From: Paraspadella gotoi
Lineage: Eukaryota > Animalia > Chaetognatha
NCBI GenBank assembly: GCA_051294375.1
Contig: CM119267.1
Location: forward strand, 813,601 to 877,600
Length of the DNA: 64,000 nt
Reading direction: 5' to 3'
Positions 23,701 through 34,926 of the stretch are shown in pieces. A program made the translations under genes and the position numbers. Positions within the stretch are counted from its first letter, which is position 1; every line of letters starts with the position of its first letter. The notes beneath the pieces were generated by a model, which was given only the letters and a program-made list of their open reading frames with translations, had not been told where the DNA came from and did not search any database.

Positions 23701-24388
23701 TTCCATCATTTTTTCCTCGGGGTTTTCTGGTTTGACCCCAACCGGCAGCGACGGCGCCAGACATGACAGCCATTTGGTCACGATCGCCGCTGGGGTTTCC
23801 CCACCCGACTTCATCCGCGTTTCCCCAGCGGGCGTCATCGGCGCCAGTAGACGCGTTACTTCGATGACCGACATTGTGGGCGTGTCCCCAATTCGAATTT
23901 ACAGTGACGCCGCTTTGCCAACTAGAATCGGCGCCTCCCCAGTCGGAATCGAGGCGACTCGTTCGGTCGCCAGCGCCGCCAACGGCCTTGAAGGCCCCGG
24001 GCTTGGCGCCGCCATCGGCCCTGAAGGCCCCGGGCTTGGCGCCGCCATCGGCCCTGAAGGCCCCGGGCTTGGCGCCGCCATCGGCCCTGAAGGCCCCGGG
24101 CTTGGCGCCGCCATCGGCCCTGAAGGCCCCGGGCTTGGCGCCGCCATCGGCCCTGAAGGCCCCGGGCTTGGCGCCGCCATCGGCCCTGAAGGCCCCGGGC
24201 TTGGCACCGCCATCGGCCCTGAAGGCCCCGGGCTTGGCACTGCCATTGGCCCTGAACGCCCCAGGCTTGGCGCCGCCATCGGCCCTGAATGCCCCGGGCT
24301 TGGCGCCGCCATCGGCCCTGAAGGCCCCGGGCTTGGCGCCGCCATCGGCCCTGAGGGTCCTGGGCTTGACGCGATGAGCGTCACTCAT
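11738..24388 (-). CDS. Very large ankyrin-repeat and SOCS-box (ASB-like) protein with a long low-complexity, WG-containing N-terminus, ~15 exons
   Basis: In-phase GT-AG joins link 24388-23435, 22162-20151, ~19986-19862, ~19793-19711, ~19441-19302 and further ankyrin exons (TPLYIAV, SPLHIAV, TPLIRAL, SPLLTAV, TPLYHLI) to a SOCS box PMSLK|RLCRQKIRQ...VQELPLPQ|PLKDFL; ends DDDWE* at 11738. Confidence 0.75.
12883..13275 (-). mobile_element. Non-autonomous HINE/Helentron-like element, family A, partial copy
   Basis: Shares cccctgcagagccagctgcagactc and the terminal cgtcgcaa...ttgcgacgataaaaa with copies at 26510, 33945 and 39222. Confidence 0.75.
14855..14925. repeat. 26-bp tandem repeat (aagtctggtaagacttggttaaggtt), cluster 1
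   Basis: 2-3 units; the same unit recurs at 15838-15962. Confidence 0.8.
15220..15292. mobile_element. Mini-element copy 2, followed by a PBS-like TGGTGCATCG
   Basis: Homologous to 4925-5002; ends CTCTAACA, then G-TGGTGCATCG. Confidence 0.5.
15838..15962. repeat. 26-bp tandem repeat, cluster 2 (about 5 units)
   Basis: gttaagtctggtaagacttggttaag repeated. Confidence 0.85.
16354..16395 (-). ncRNA. Minimal type-I hammerhead ribozyme (Penelope-like)
   Basis: Minus strand reads AACG-CTGAAGA-A-GGCTT(GTATGT)AAGCC-GAAA-CATG-TA-CGTT: stem I, catalytic core, stem II, palindromic stem III (ACATGT), followed by AATAAA. Confidence 0.75.
17861..18486. mobile_element. MITE with 10-bp TSD (Mutator-like)
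   Basis: ATTGTGCACT at 17851-17860 and 18487-18496 flanks termini AGGGTGGAG / CTCCACTCT; internal inverted segments (taatatccttataaaat / attttataaggatatta). Confidence 0.7.
20988..21330. repeat. Coding 18-bp tandem repeat (QATSLP) in the ASB gene
   Basis: About 19 units gaggtcgcctggggaaga, some 16-17 bp. Confidence 0.9.
21424..21535. repeat. Coding 30-bp tandem repeat (AAHPPPQNPS)
   Basis: About 4 units ggcggcggatgggcggccgaaggattttga. Confidence 0.85.
22249..23233. mobile_element. ~985-bp TA-flanked TIR element (Tc1/mariner-type MITE) with a nested long palindrome
   Basis: TA-CAGAAGGCTTCATATTATAAAATGT...ACATTTTATAATATGAAGCCTTCTG-TA; inner inverted repeat arms ~22274-22460 and ~22770-22948. 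Confidence 0.75.
23236..23402 (-). mobile_element. HINE/Helentron-like family B, truncated reverse copy
   Basis: cagatccgactaaaaa terminus and gacggaccgac motif match the reverse complement of the 31371 element start. Confidence 0.55.
23987..24375. repeat. Coding 33-bp tandem repeat (RADGGAKPGAF, ~12 units)
   Basis: gggcttggcgccgccatcggccctgaaggcccc repeated almost perfectly. Confidence 0.95.
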
Positions 24389-24826
24389 CTTAGCCTACAA
24401 ATTTGTCGAGTACCAAATCCAAAAAGCTTCTGCCACCCAATGGGACCAGAGTTTGTTGCACGGAGGCAATGAAAAGTGAGAGAGAGGCCAACGGCGTCTG
24501 AAGGAAAGCGGGAGCCACTCGCCGTGTGGGAGTTAGAAACGAAGGCTGAATTTGCTGATAAAGTCTCCACTAAAAATTGATAAGCAAAAGTTGTATCACA
24601 GCAAATCCATACCAAGTTAATACATTTTATAATTTGTAACATAAATAAAAACGTGGGAAGATACAAAAAAGAGGTACTATTGTATTATCACAGAAATAAA
24701 AATATTAATTTCCAGATCTTTTAGACTCAAATTTTTGAATCACTGGCAAACATTAGGCCGAAGCTGCTTCGTCCAATCTACTAGACCCAACTTTTCAAGA
24801 GTTTTGGTCAAGTGGTGAAGATTTTG

Positions 24827-27800
24827 TTAATCGTCCAAGTAATCACAAAAATTTCTAGGCTTAAATCCCGGGCACGTCGAGCTTATATCTAATGTCGGCC
24901 AGGACGAATTGTAGTCCAAACTCAAGTCGGCCAAATGGCGAGAAAGTCGGATTCTCTCACGGTTGTCGGCCTCCAACGCCGACGCGACGACGAGCGGGTC
25001 CGACCGAAACTGTCGGGCCCGGGTCATCGCCTCCAAAACGGACGACGCGCGCGATACGAGTTCGAGACCTGCCCGACGCGAATCGTCGAAGAGAGAGACG
25101 GCGGCCACGAGTTCGTCGTAAGATTGAAGGTCGGTGGAATGAGACTTGGATTCGCTGGAAGGAAAAGAGATTTAATTTAGCTTTTTTTATGATTAACTAA
25201 ATTAATAGGATAATAATAATAATAGGGTATTTAAGGTATTAAAAAAATGGGTCATTTTTATGTTGGTTGTTCCAATTACCTAACAGACAGCTCCTTTTAT
25301 TTTGAAGCTAGTGTGGAGTACAATATCGTATTTCCCAATCTAACACGTACTTACTTACTTTTATACAATTGAAACAGTTCATGGAAAAATTAGTAAACCA
25401 TTTCATTGATAGGGAGGCCAGGATAATAAACTAGATTGCGAGAGAATTTGTTTGTAAGCTTGCAGAGTCCTGATGTCAGGAACAAACTCTTGTGGAATCT
25501 CGATTGGATCTTTGTGGAAATCCGTATCAACATTTGTGGATTTAATTCATTCATTGTTATGTTATGTTATTAATATTGTTATTATCTTGTAAGAGAGATG
25601 GAGGCCTTAATTCAGCATAACCAGTCCAAGTGTCCAAAAAATCAGGGACAAGATAAATTATTTAATGTTTATTGAATGAATGAATAAATAATTTTGAGAT
25701 TGGTTGTATCAATTTCGTAATATAGAGAAGGAATGAAAAGATAAAACTAACTGGATAGCGAGGTCGACGGCGGATTTGAGGTTGACTTCGTATGCAGCGT
25801 TGAAGGCGTCGGCTGCGTTGTTGAGGTCGTCGACGACGAGTTTCAATTTGGTCATCGACGTCGAGTCAACCATTTCATACCCTTGGAGATCTCCGTTCCT
25901 TTCGTTGGCCGCAGCAGGGGCGGCAGCAGGGGCGGCGTCATCCTGATTCGAATCTGCGGCGGCCAATTCAGAGGTGAGGAGTTCGTTCGCCGTCTTCATC
26001 TCGGAGAGGTTCAACGCGTCGATTTCGTTTAGGCCGTATTTAGCCTAAGAATTAAGATAAAAATAGTAATAAAAATAATATCATTAATCTCATTTGCATA
26101 TTGTCATGTTTGAATTTAGTTGGATAAATTTTAATTTAGTGCCTTAAAGGTTTAATATTGATATAATGACATGATCATAATTTTGTGATTCAATTAATAA
26201 TAATAGCTAAATAGGTATAATTAAGTTACTATGAAAATTAAATTAATAATTATGACTTTTTTATATTCAGGAAGAGAGATATTATCAAGAATTACAAAAA
26301 TTAAAACTGTTAGAACTTAGAAGTGGATAATAGGGGGGAACCACTATGAACTTCCACTTGTGGATAACACGCAATTGCTATCATTCCATACATCTTTATT
26401 TGAACTACACTGCAAGCATAACTATTGATTTATGTAAGTAAGAAAAAGCTACTTATTCCACACTGAACATAATAACCGATGTCTTATAAAACTTACAAAA
26501 TGTAAAAAAGAAATCTTAAAAGCATAAGTAATCGTCGCAATCGCATAAGAAAAATCTGGATTGACGACAAATTTTGATACTAAAAAAAATAAAATTTGAG
26601 AAAAGAAAATTAATTTATAAAAAGAAAAAAATTATATTTTGCAATTGTCAATTAAAAAAAATAATAAAGTACCGAGGAAAATTAAAGTTACAGTTACTGA
26701 GAAAAAAAAAACGAAATAAAAACCCGATGTTGTGATAGCAAAATGATAACATGTACGAATGCGATGCCTAATTTTACGAGTTCAATCCTATTTCAATTTT
26801 TTTTAATAAAAACGCTGAGAGAGAGAGAAAAAAAAAGAAATCAAAAGGCAGCAGCAGAAGCAGCAAGAGAAAAGAGAGAAAAATAATAAGCCCCTGCAGA
26901 GCCAGCTGCAGACTCGTTTTTTCCCCTATGAATCAGTGACTAAGGAAAAGAGAGAGGGAGAGAGACATATAATTAAAAGAGAAAAGAGAGAGAGAAAGAA
27001 ATAAAAGAGAGAAACTTTGTTTGTTTTGATAAAACGTAAACAAAACATATTTAATAACTGTCCACTTATGTGAAGAACCACGACCACGACGAGAATTTAT
27101 GTCCAACAGCAATATCGTCGCAAACGCCTTACTTTATAACTTTAAAAATTATTTAAAAATTATTTATGGTAAAAACCTTTTTTTCGTTGTGGTTTAGAGA
27201 TAGCAAAGAATTTTTGAAGTTTTCAAACAACGATTTTTATTTTACATAAACGGACATGTTTCGACTCATAATTTCGAACCTTCATCAGCCCTCAAAAGAG
27301 TCGAAACATATCGGTTTATGTAAAATAAAATTGTTGTTTGAAAACTTCAAAAAAAAAAAAAAAAAAAAAATATTCAAAAAAATCAATTAAAAAAAATATG
27401 TAAATTTTTTTTTGAAAAGGGAAAATTAAATTTTATTCCAAAGCTTCAACATGGTATTTTTTTAATAATTATATAGTGTTATTTAGGGATCTGGGTTAAT
27501 CCAGTTGTCTCAAGAAACTCCTTCTGCATTAAAAAAACAAAAACAGAAACTTGTCCCTTACCTTGACCTCATCGGAGAAGAGTCCAGCCTTGAAGGGCGT
27601 TTCCATTATCTCCCCATAAGCTTTGACGACATCAGAGAAGCGTTCGCGCCTTTCCAATATGAGATCGGGGTTAATTTCCTCCTCGGCCATCTGGCGATCA
27701 ACGTTCGCGCCGTGGGTCAACTCATCGTCAACATCCTTCAAGATCTGTCGCCAGAATTCAAGATGCTCGTCGACGGGGAGATCGCCTGAAGAGAAGATCG

Positions 27801-28411
27801 AGATGAAATCCAACAGCAACACCCTCGGCTGAGTTTTAGTTTTAAGATCTCCGAAGTCTTTGCCTCGGATCCATGAACTCCTGTAACTCTCGCTGAAGGA
27901 GAGAAGCCATGAACGTAACCGTAACACTCCAACCCAAAGACCTCTTAACTTTTAACCTCGCACCTCTAAACTTGGCCAAGTCTTTCTCTTCGCCGTCGTC
28001 GAATAATCCCTGCTCGTGCGCCCAATCGACGAGGTGGCGGTAGCGCGCCTCGCGCCACGCATTGCCGGAGGCGGCGAGCGGCGCCTCCAGCTGCTCCAGC
28101 TCATCCTTCAAGTCTTCGTCGAGGACCAAGACCGTGTCGTACACGACGGCGTCTCTCTGGGGAGACGGCGTCAACAGCGTTTCCACAAGTGACGCGTCAC
28201 AGGGATTGTCAAGAAAACGGAATTTCCGGCAGTAGCTCGCGACTGGAGGAGAACAATATTGTCAAATATTGAGGGAGAGAGTGATAGATATCGTTGATGA
28301 TATATATATTTACATACCAAGAGCAACGTCCTTCTTGTTCTTTGGTTTCTTTCCCACATGTTTGTAATGCAAGGGATTCGCTACTATATCATGATTGGCC
28401 CTCAACGCCAT
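24827..28411 (-). CDS. HAUS7: HAUS augmin-like complex subunit 7-like, 5 exons
   Basis: In-phase exons ~28411-28318, 28242-27964, 27785-27553, 26043-25752, 25154-24827; segments ETLLTPSPQR, DWAHEQGL...FRG|DLPVDEHLEFWRQIL and TKLKLVVDDLNNAADAFNAAYE resemble HAUS7 as I recall it. Confidence 0.55.
26510..27130 (-). mobile_element. HINE/Helentron-like family A, internally deleted copy
   Basis: aatcttaaaagcataa...atcgtcgcaa left end, shared core, aatatcgtcgcaaacgc right end. Confidence 0.75.
27250..27291 (-). ncRNA. Degenerate Penelope-type hammerhead ribozyme within an inverted duplication
   Basis: Minus strand CTGATGA-AG-GTTC...GAGTC-GAAA-CATG-TC followed by AATAAA; flanks resemble the 16354 copy; palindromic arms 27217-27270 and 27298-27350. 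Confidence 0.55.
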
Positions 28412-29764
28412 GACGAATGACCAGTCTTATTCTTAAAATTTTAAACCTGAAAATGAAATTAATCTTACTAATTTTTAAAAATTGTTTAGGATTGAAAAGG
28501 TTAAAAAACCTCACTTTCTCTGTACAAGGGAGAAAGATTCAGTTTTGGGAATAGAGCGCGCTCTCATTTTTTTTTTCGTTTTTTTTTTGTTTCGACTAAC
28601 AAATAATATATAAACAACATCCGCCTCATATCGGAAGAATCGAAATGAAGACGACGACCGGAATTTTTTTAGTTGCGCCGCGAGTACTCGCGGAGGAACT
28701 CTATAAGTCACTTTTCGGGCAGTCTGTCGGTATGTCCTATTTACGTTAAAAATGTTCATAACTCGCCTATAGTTGGTTGCCCATTTGTTAAGACAGAAAA
28801 AATCCTCAAATTTAAGTAACTGCTAGCGCCGCCTTCAGGAAAATCTAAAACTATAAAGAATAAAAGGCAGAATTCCGAGGTAGTGGGTGTCCTAAATACA
28901 CGGGCTAAGAAAGTTATTTTAGTTAATACTTGGCAGACTAGTAGTGGTATGACATTACTAAATGCTTCTTGTGCATACTTTTTGCTTGTGTAGTCACGTG
29001 ACCATGCCAAAACTATGGTCACATGATCACAAAGTAATTGCCGCATTTTGTCTGGTTGTATTAAATGAAACTTTGCAGATGAGTGATCAACCATAAGACT
29101 TTTGTTATACATAAATTTTCCATTCATGTATTCCTACGATCACAGAGAAAAAACACGTAAAAGAAAGTCGCTGTGGCGCAACACATTGGATGGACCCATC
29201 TTGTTTATTTTTTTTTTTCGTTCATTGAGAAAAAAAAAGGGATTAAAATCGGAGAATCGGGCCTAAAAATTATCTAAGAAAAATTAAAAAAAAAAATTAA
29301 AAAAAACAAAAACGAAGGGGAAGTCACGATACGCAGTGTATATGCTCATCTATATATAATTATCTATATAGTTTAGGAGTACGAAGACGTTGAGAATTAG
29401 AAAAGGTTTTTTTTTAGTCGATTCTGTGGATGGAAATAGAGCGTCTTTGGTGTAGTCTGTGAAGCGGTGCGAGACAGTGTAGCATTAGCATTCGCGGCGA
29501 GATGGAGAGTAGGGCGGGGCTTGGGTAAACATTTTCAGCGCAGGTGTTTCTTAGCGGCGACTGTACTGATTACATAATCACTTGATCAACGAATGGGAAA
29601 GAGAAAAAGAAGTTTCTTGCGATATTAAGTAACGAGACGTTTCCAGTGGCGAAAAGGGAGTGAGGGAAAAGGAGAAAGTAGAGAGCTAAGTCGTGTTTAA
29701 AAAAAAAAAAAGAAAAAGAAAAAAAGAAAAAGGTGAGTGATTATCTCTCGCGACGCCGACGCCC

Positions 29765-32700
29765 TCAAACGACGTCGCCGCGTGACGAGACGCCGACGAC
29801 GACTTCGGCGACTTTAGGGTCGGAAGCGACGACGACGACGTCAGGGGAATCGAAAGCGGCGTCGGCGGCGCCGCCCGGATCAAGAGGCGAAACTCCGCTG
29901 ATCCCGGAAGTGTCTTCGTCGGAGGCAACGGCGCGAGACGGTGCCGTTCCAGCAGGCTTCTCTACGAAGGAAGACGTCGGATCTGAAAAGTTATGAAAAA
30001 TAAAAAAATATTTATATTTATAACTACAAAGAAAAAAAAAGAATACATACCTGTGGAATGGGTAGACCGATCGTCCTCGGGAATGTCGTCCATCGTCGTC
30101 GTCTTCATCGTCGACGTCGGCACCGAGAAAACGCCGGACGAAGACCGCCATGAATCCGCGACTGAAGAAAGAAAACAATTTATTTCCTTTGAAATTTAAT
30201 AATTAATAAAAATTCGTTAAAGATTACACATGGGAGTACAGGTACAATATTTTTTATTAAGGACAAACATTTCGATCCATTGGACAGATCATCTTCAGGG
30301 CCAAATGAGTAGGTTAAGAGTCAAAGCAAAAAAAGGAGAGAAAGAGAGTGACCAAAATGAGGGATTAATCCTTCCACACCCCTCCCCGCCCCTCCTAGTT
30401 TTTAAAGTCATCAAGAAGAGTTTTCCAAACGTCTGTCTTCACATAGGATCCAAGATCGTCATTTAGTCCACGTCCAGGCGCCTTGTCGACAAAGCCTCTT
30501 CAACCTTGAGATGATATTTTAGACTTTTTGGATTTCTTATTCTGGGCCGTGACAATAAACAATATGATAAGAAATAATATTGTACCTGTACTCCCATGTG
30601 TAACCTTTAACTAATTCTTAATCTCGGTACATGCAATGACTCCCAAAGAATAATAAAAATTCGTTGTGAAAATCAAATCTCTATTTTAAATTTAACTCGA
30701 AAAGTTTTTCATTTAAAGGTTTCAAGGTTCAAATCAATTTTATTTTTATACTCGTATATTTTGATTTTGCTTCAGAAAGCATCAATGTTTTTGAAGGCGA
30801 ACTTCTAAATTAAGTATGAAGTTCAGTACTTTTAAAACTAAACAAAATTTAGCCAAACTCCATGCAACTCACGCAGGGCTTTCTGTCTGGCTTCAGCGGA
30901 AGAATGGCGACTTGGTCGCTTCTCCAAGTTATTTTGCTTTCAATGTTTTGCAAAATGCTCTTGCAATTCTCACGCGAGACATAACTTACACAAATATAAA
31001 TCATCCCATAGGATTTCACTCAATTAGCAAACTCGTTTTATATTTACTATTTATTTTGTAATAAAATCTTTTTTTTAATTACTGATTCAAATTTTCACAA
31101 GGTAGCCATTATAATAAAACTAAGAAAGGAAGGTTATTGTATCTTAGGCCTGAGTGAAGTTTCATCAAGTAATTGGTAAAACGGAAGAACGAAAAACTGC
31201 ATACTGCATAGACATTTTATGAATAATATTCTATTTCACAAGAAACACGATTGGGCTGTTAACTTCCGTAGTATTTTAAATTAAATCCAATAATTTCTGT
31301 GTTGTCTGCAATTTAGAGTAAATATTAGGAATTTTAACTTACTATGATGTTCAGTACCGTCATGGTATAATTTTTAGTCGGATCTGCTAACAGCAGATCC
31401 CGACTCTATAATCCACTTTGCCGGTCCATCAGTCCCCCCCCACTAAATCTTGTCGGGCATTCACTCATATCATGTCAGAACATCGAATTATGATACATTA
31501 TGCAAAATAAAAAGATGTCCGTCCGTCCATCCGTCCCCTTAGCAAAAAAACTCCAATTCTCATGATTGGATGGTTGGATTGGAATAAAATTTTGTGTGTG
31601 GGAAGGGAAGTGTGTGATTGAGATGGATATGAAGTTTCGATGTTATCGCGCGAGTGGAAATGAGTTTAAATGGAAAAAACAAAAAACCTGTTTTACTTAT
31701 TGATCATTCTTCTTTTTCTTTTTATATTAAATGTAAATGCAATTAATCAAATAATTAATTAGTTAATAATCAGTCAATTAATCAATATATTATTCAATAA
31801 ATCTATTTATCTATTAATTAATTATTCAATCAATTTATTTATCAATTAATTAATTTATTCAATCAATCAATCAAGTCAATTGTTATCGGCATTATTGTAG
31901 TCGTCGTCATCATCATCGTTGCTTTTGTCGTGGTCAATGACGAAAAGACCACAAAACAAACATTGCAATTAACTTGAATTAATTAAAAAAATAATTAATT
32001 ACCGCTAATGATCGTGGGCAGATCCGACATAGTTTGCTTCAACTTGTTTTTAAACGAATCGGTCATTCAGTATGTATTTCTGTACTACACTCATTAGAAT
32101 TGAGATTGTGGTCATAAGTTAATAATTTCAAAATCATAACTCGCATATACGATGACTCTAAAGTAATTCAGTAATACATTAGCAGCCATCACATTTATTA
32201 AGCAGCCGTAAAAGATATTACAACAATTTTCAAAAAACCAATTAACAATAAAATCGGGTGAAATAAAAATTAATCAGCATATTAGCCAAGATTCAGACTA
32301 AAATCAAAACATCTATGAACCAACACAAAATAAAAATATATGGACAATATCAATAGAGAGAAAGAGAGCGAGAAAATGGGGGCCAGGAGATATGACTCAC
32401 CGTGTCGGCGTCGACTCTCGTCGGCTTTGGCAAGACCCGAGGCCGAGGAATAAAGGATCGAGGAGGCGGAGGGGATGTTGAGCTCAGAGGGAAGGTCGCC
32501 GACGAAAGAGTCGAGACTCGAGTCTTGAAGTCGATCGATGCGACGCCGAATCTCTGAACCTCTCGAGCTGTCGAAGGCCGACGACTCGCTCGAGCCCGCC
32601 TGAGAGGAAGATGGCGACGTCGCCGGCCCAGGCGAGGAGGCCTCGGCGAAAGAGGCGCCGGTTCGAAGTGACGGCGTCGTTCGTTCGGCGCCGATGACAC

Positions 32701-34853
32701 CTTTCGAATCCATTTGCAGAGATTCGACGGGGACGAAGGAAGAGTCTTTGACGGTTTCGTCGTTGGGAGAGAGAGCGCCGGGTTTGAGGAAGACGCTGTC
32801 GTCGTCGTCGAGGAGGACGACGCCGCGTTCGACACCCGTCGGCGTACTGAACGCCGGCGGGTGGACGGAAGGCGCCTCGCTGAGCGGGGACGAGGGGCCG
32901 TTCGCCGTCGGGTCGTGAGTAAGGACAGAGTTTTCCGGGGAACCGAAGACCGAAGCGGGATTCCGGTCGGGGGCTCCAGGGACACCCGTTGCGCCGTGAG
33001 GGGTGCCGGCGTCATCGGCCTCCGAATCGCCGAACTTGAATCGAGTAATCGGCGCCGATTTGCAGCCGTCGATGGTGATGGAGATGCTGTTGGGGGACAA
33101 AGCGGCGCCGGGGGAGGAATTCTCGGTCTGTCGCGGCGATGCCGGACGAGCGCCGCTTCGAGAAGACTGCTTGGCGCCACATTGTAGCTTGGGAAAGATC
33201 TTGTCAGATAGAAAAGTAATGAAACGTTGCTTGTAAAAGTCGGGTCGTGTCACGGAAACCTGAGAAGGGAAATTTTTTTACACTTTAAAGGGGATAAAGA
33301 AAATGAAAAAATGAAATATGTGCCGGACCGAGTTTCCGTCGTGAACGGCAGACTTCCACGCGTGCTCCACTTTTTTCTTGAGTTTGTATTGTTGCAGAAT
33401 GTCAATGACGCCGAGGAAGAGGAGGAGGCGTTCCCCTCTCTCGCTTCGCGCCGGAATTCCTCCAGTAAACTTGATGAGTTCTTCTTCAACTTCGCTGAAC
33501 AAATCCGAGTGGGAATATTCGCCTGAAAATTTTTTGTTTGGGTGGAAAGGGAAATTTGTTTTCGGGCTGTAAACTATTATTTCTTTATGACAATATAAAT
33601 ACAGTTAAAATATTGGTCTAAATAGTCGTTAAATTAACTAGAGGACTAACCGCTTCCTTCAGCTTCTATGGTTCCTTGGATGACCTCAAAGGCAGTCGGG
33701 TAATTGGCGATACGCCGGTGATACGACGGCTGCCGCACGAGGGCCGCCTTGGTCTGCGGCGTCGCTGGAGGCAGCGCGGGCGGCGGTTCACAACTTCCCG
33801 ACGCGCGAGAAGAAGTCTCTCTGTTCTTTCCGTTGGCGGCGGGCGGTGGGTCGAGGATGGAACGCTCCGACGCGGATTCCAGAACCTGAGGAAGATGTTT
33901 ATGAGGATGAGAAAAAGAAAAAAAGTAAAACAAAGAAATTAATTAAAAATCTTAAAAGCATAATGATCGTCGCAATTGCATAAGAAAAATCTGGATCGAC
34001 GACAAATTTTTAATTTTATATTAAAAAAAAATCAAATTTGAGAAAAGAAAATTAATTTATAAACAAAAAAAAAAGGAAAAAAATAAATATAAAGAAAAAA
34101 TAGAAAGGAAAGAAAGAAAAGAAAGGAAAGAAAGAAGAGAAAGAAAAGAAAGGAAAGAAAGAAAAGAAAAAAAAAAGAAAGGAAAGAAAGAAAAGAAAAG
34201 AAAGAATAGATAGGAAAGAAAGAATAGAAAGAAAAGAAAGAATAGAAAGGAAAGAAAGAATAGAAAGGAAAGAAAAAATAGAAAGGAAAGAAAGAATAAA
34301 AAGGAAAGAAAGAATAGAAAGGAAAGAAAAAATAGAAAGGAAAGAAAGAATAGAAAGGAAAAAAGAATAGAAAAGAAAAAAAAAATAGAAAGTAAAGAAA
34401 AAATAGAAAGGAAAGAAAAAATAGAAAGGAAAGAGAAAATAGAAAGGAAAGAAAAAATAAAAAACAAAGAAAGAATAGAAAGGAAAAAAATAGAAAGGAA
34501 AAAAATAGAAAGGAAAGAAAGATAAAAAAGGAAAGAAAGAATAAAAAGGAAAGAAGGAATAGAAAGGAAAGAAGGTAGAAAGGAAAAAAGGAATAGAAAG
34601 GAAAGAAAGAATAGAAAGGAAGAAAGAATAGAAAGGAAAGAAAGAATAGGAAAGAAAGAATAAAAGGAAAGAAGATTAAGAAGGAAAGAAAGAATAGAAA
34701 GGACAAAAATAAAAATAAAAATAAAGAGAGAGTGACGAGAAGAAAGAACGAAATAAAAAACGCGATGTTGCGATAACAAAATGATAACATGCACAAATGC
34801 GAAGCCTAATTATACGAGTTCAATCCTCATTCAATTTTTTTTTTTTTTTTAAT

Positions 34854-34926
<73 letters not shown>

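Noticed and set aside
23561-24472. Plus-strand collagen- or elastin-like ORFs (GPEGPGLGAAI repeats) and other plus-strand ORFs
   Set aside because: Antisense shadows of GC-rich minus-strand exons or repeats; no splice or domain support
28756-29127. 123-aa minus-strand ORF (MNGKFMYNK...)
   Set aside because: No recognisable motif; AT-rich, unlike real exons here; contains palindromic gtcacgtgac and aaatgaaactttgca motifs typical of non-coding transposon remnants
34032-34796. Long Phe/Leu/Ser-rich ORFs (also 37773-38595, 2630-3385, 41266-41814)
   Set aside because: Translations of intronic purine tracts or tandem repeats that lack stop codons by composition
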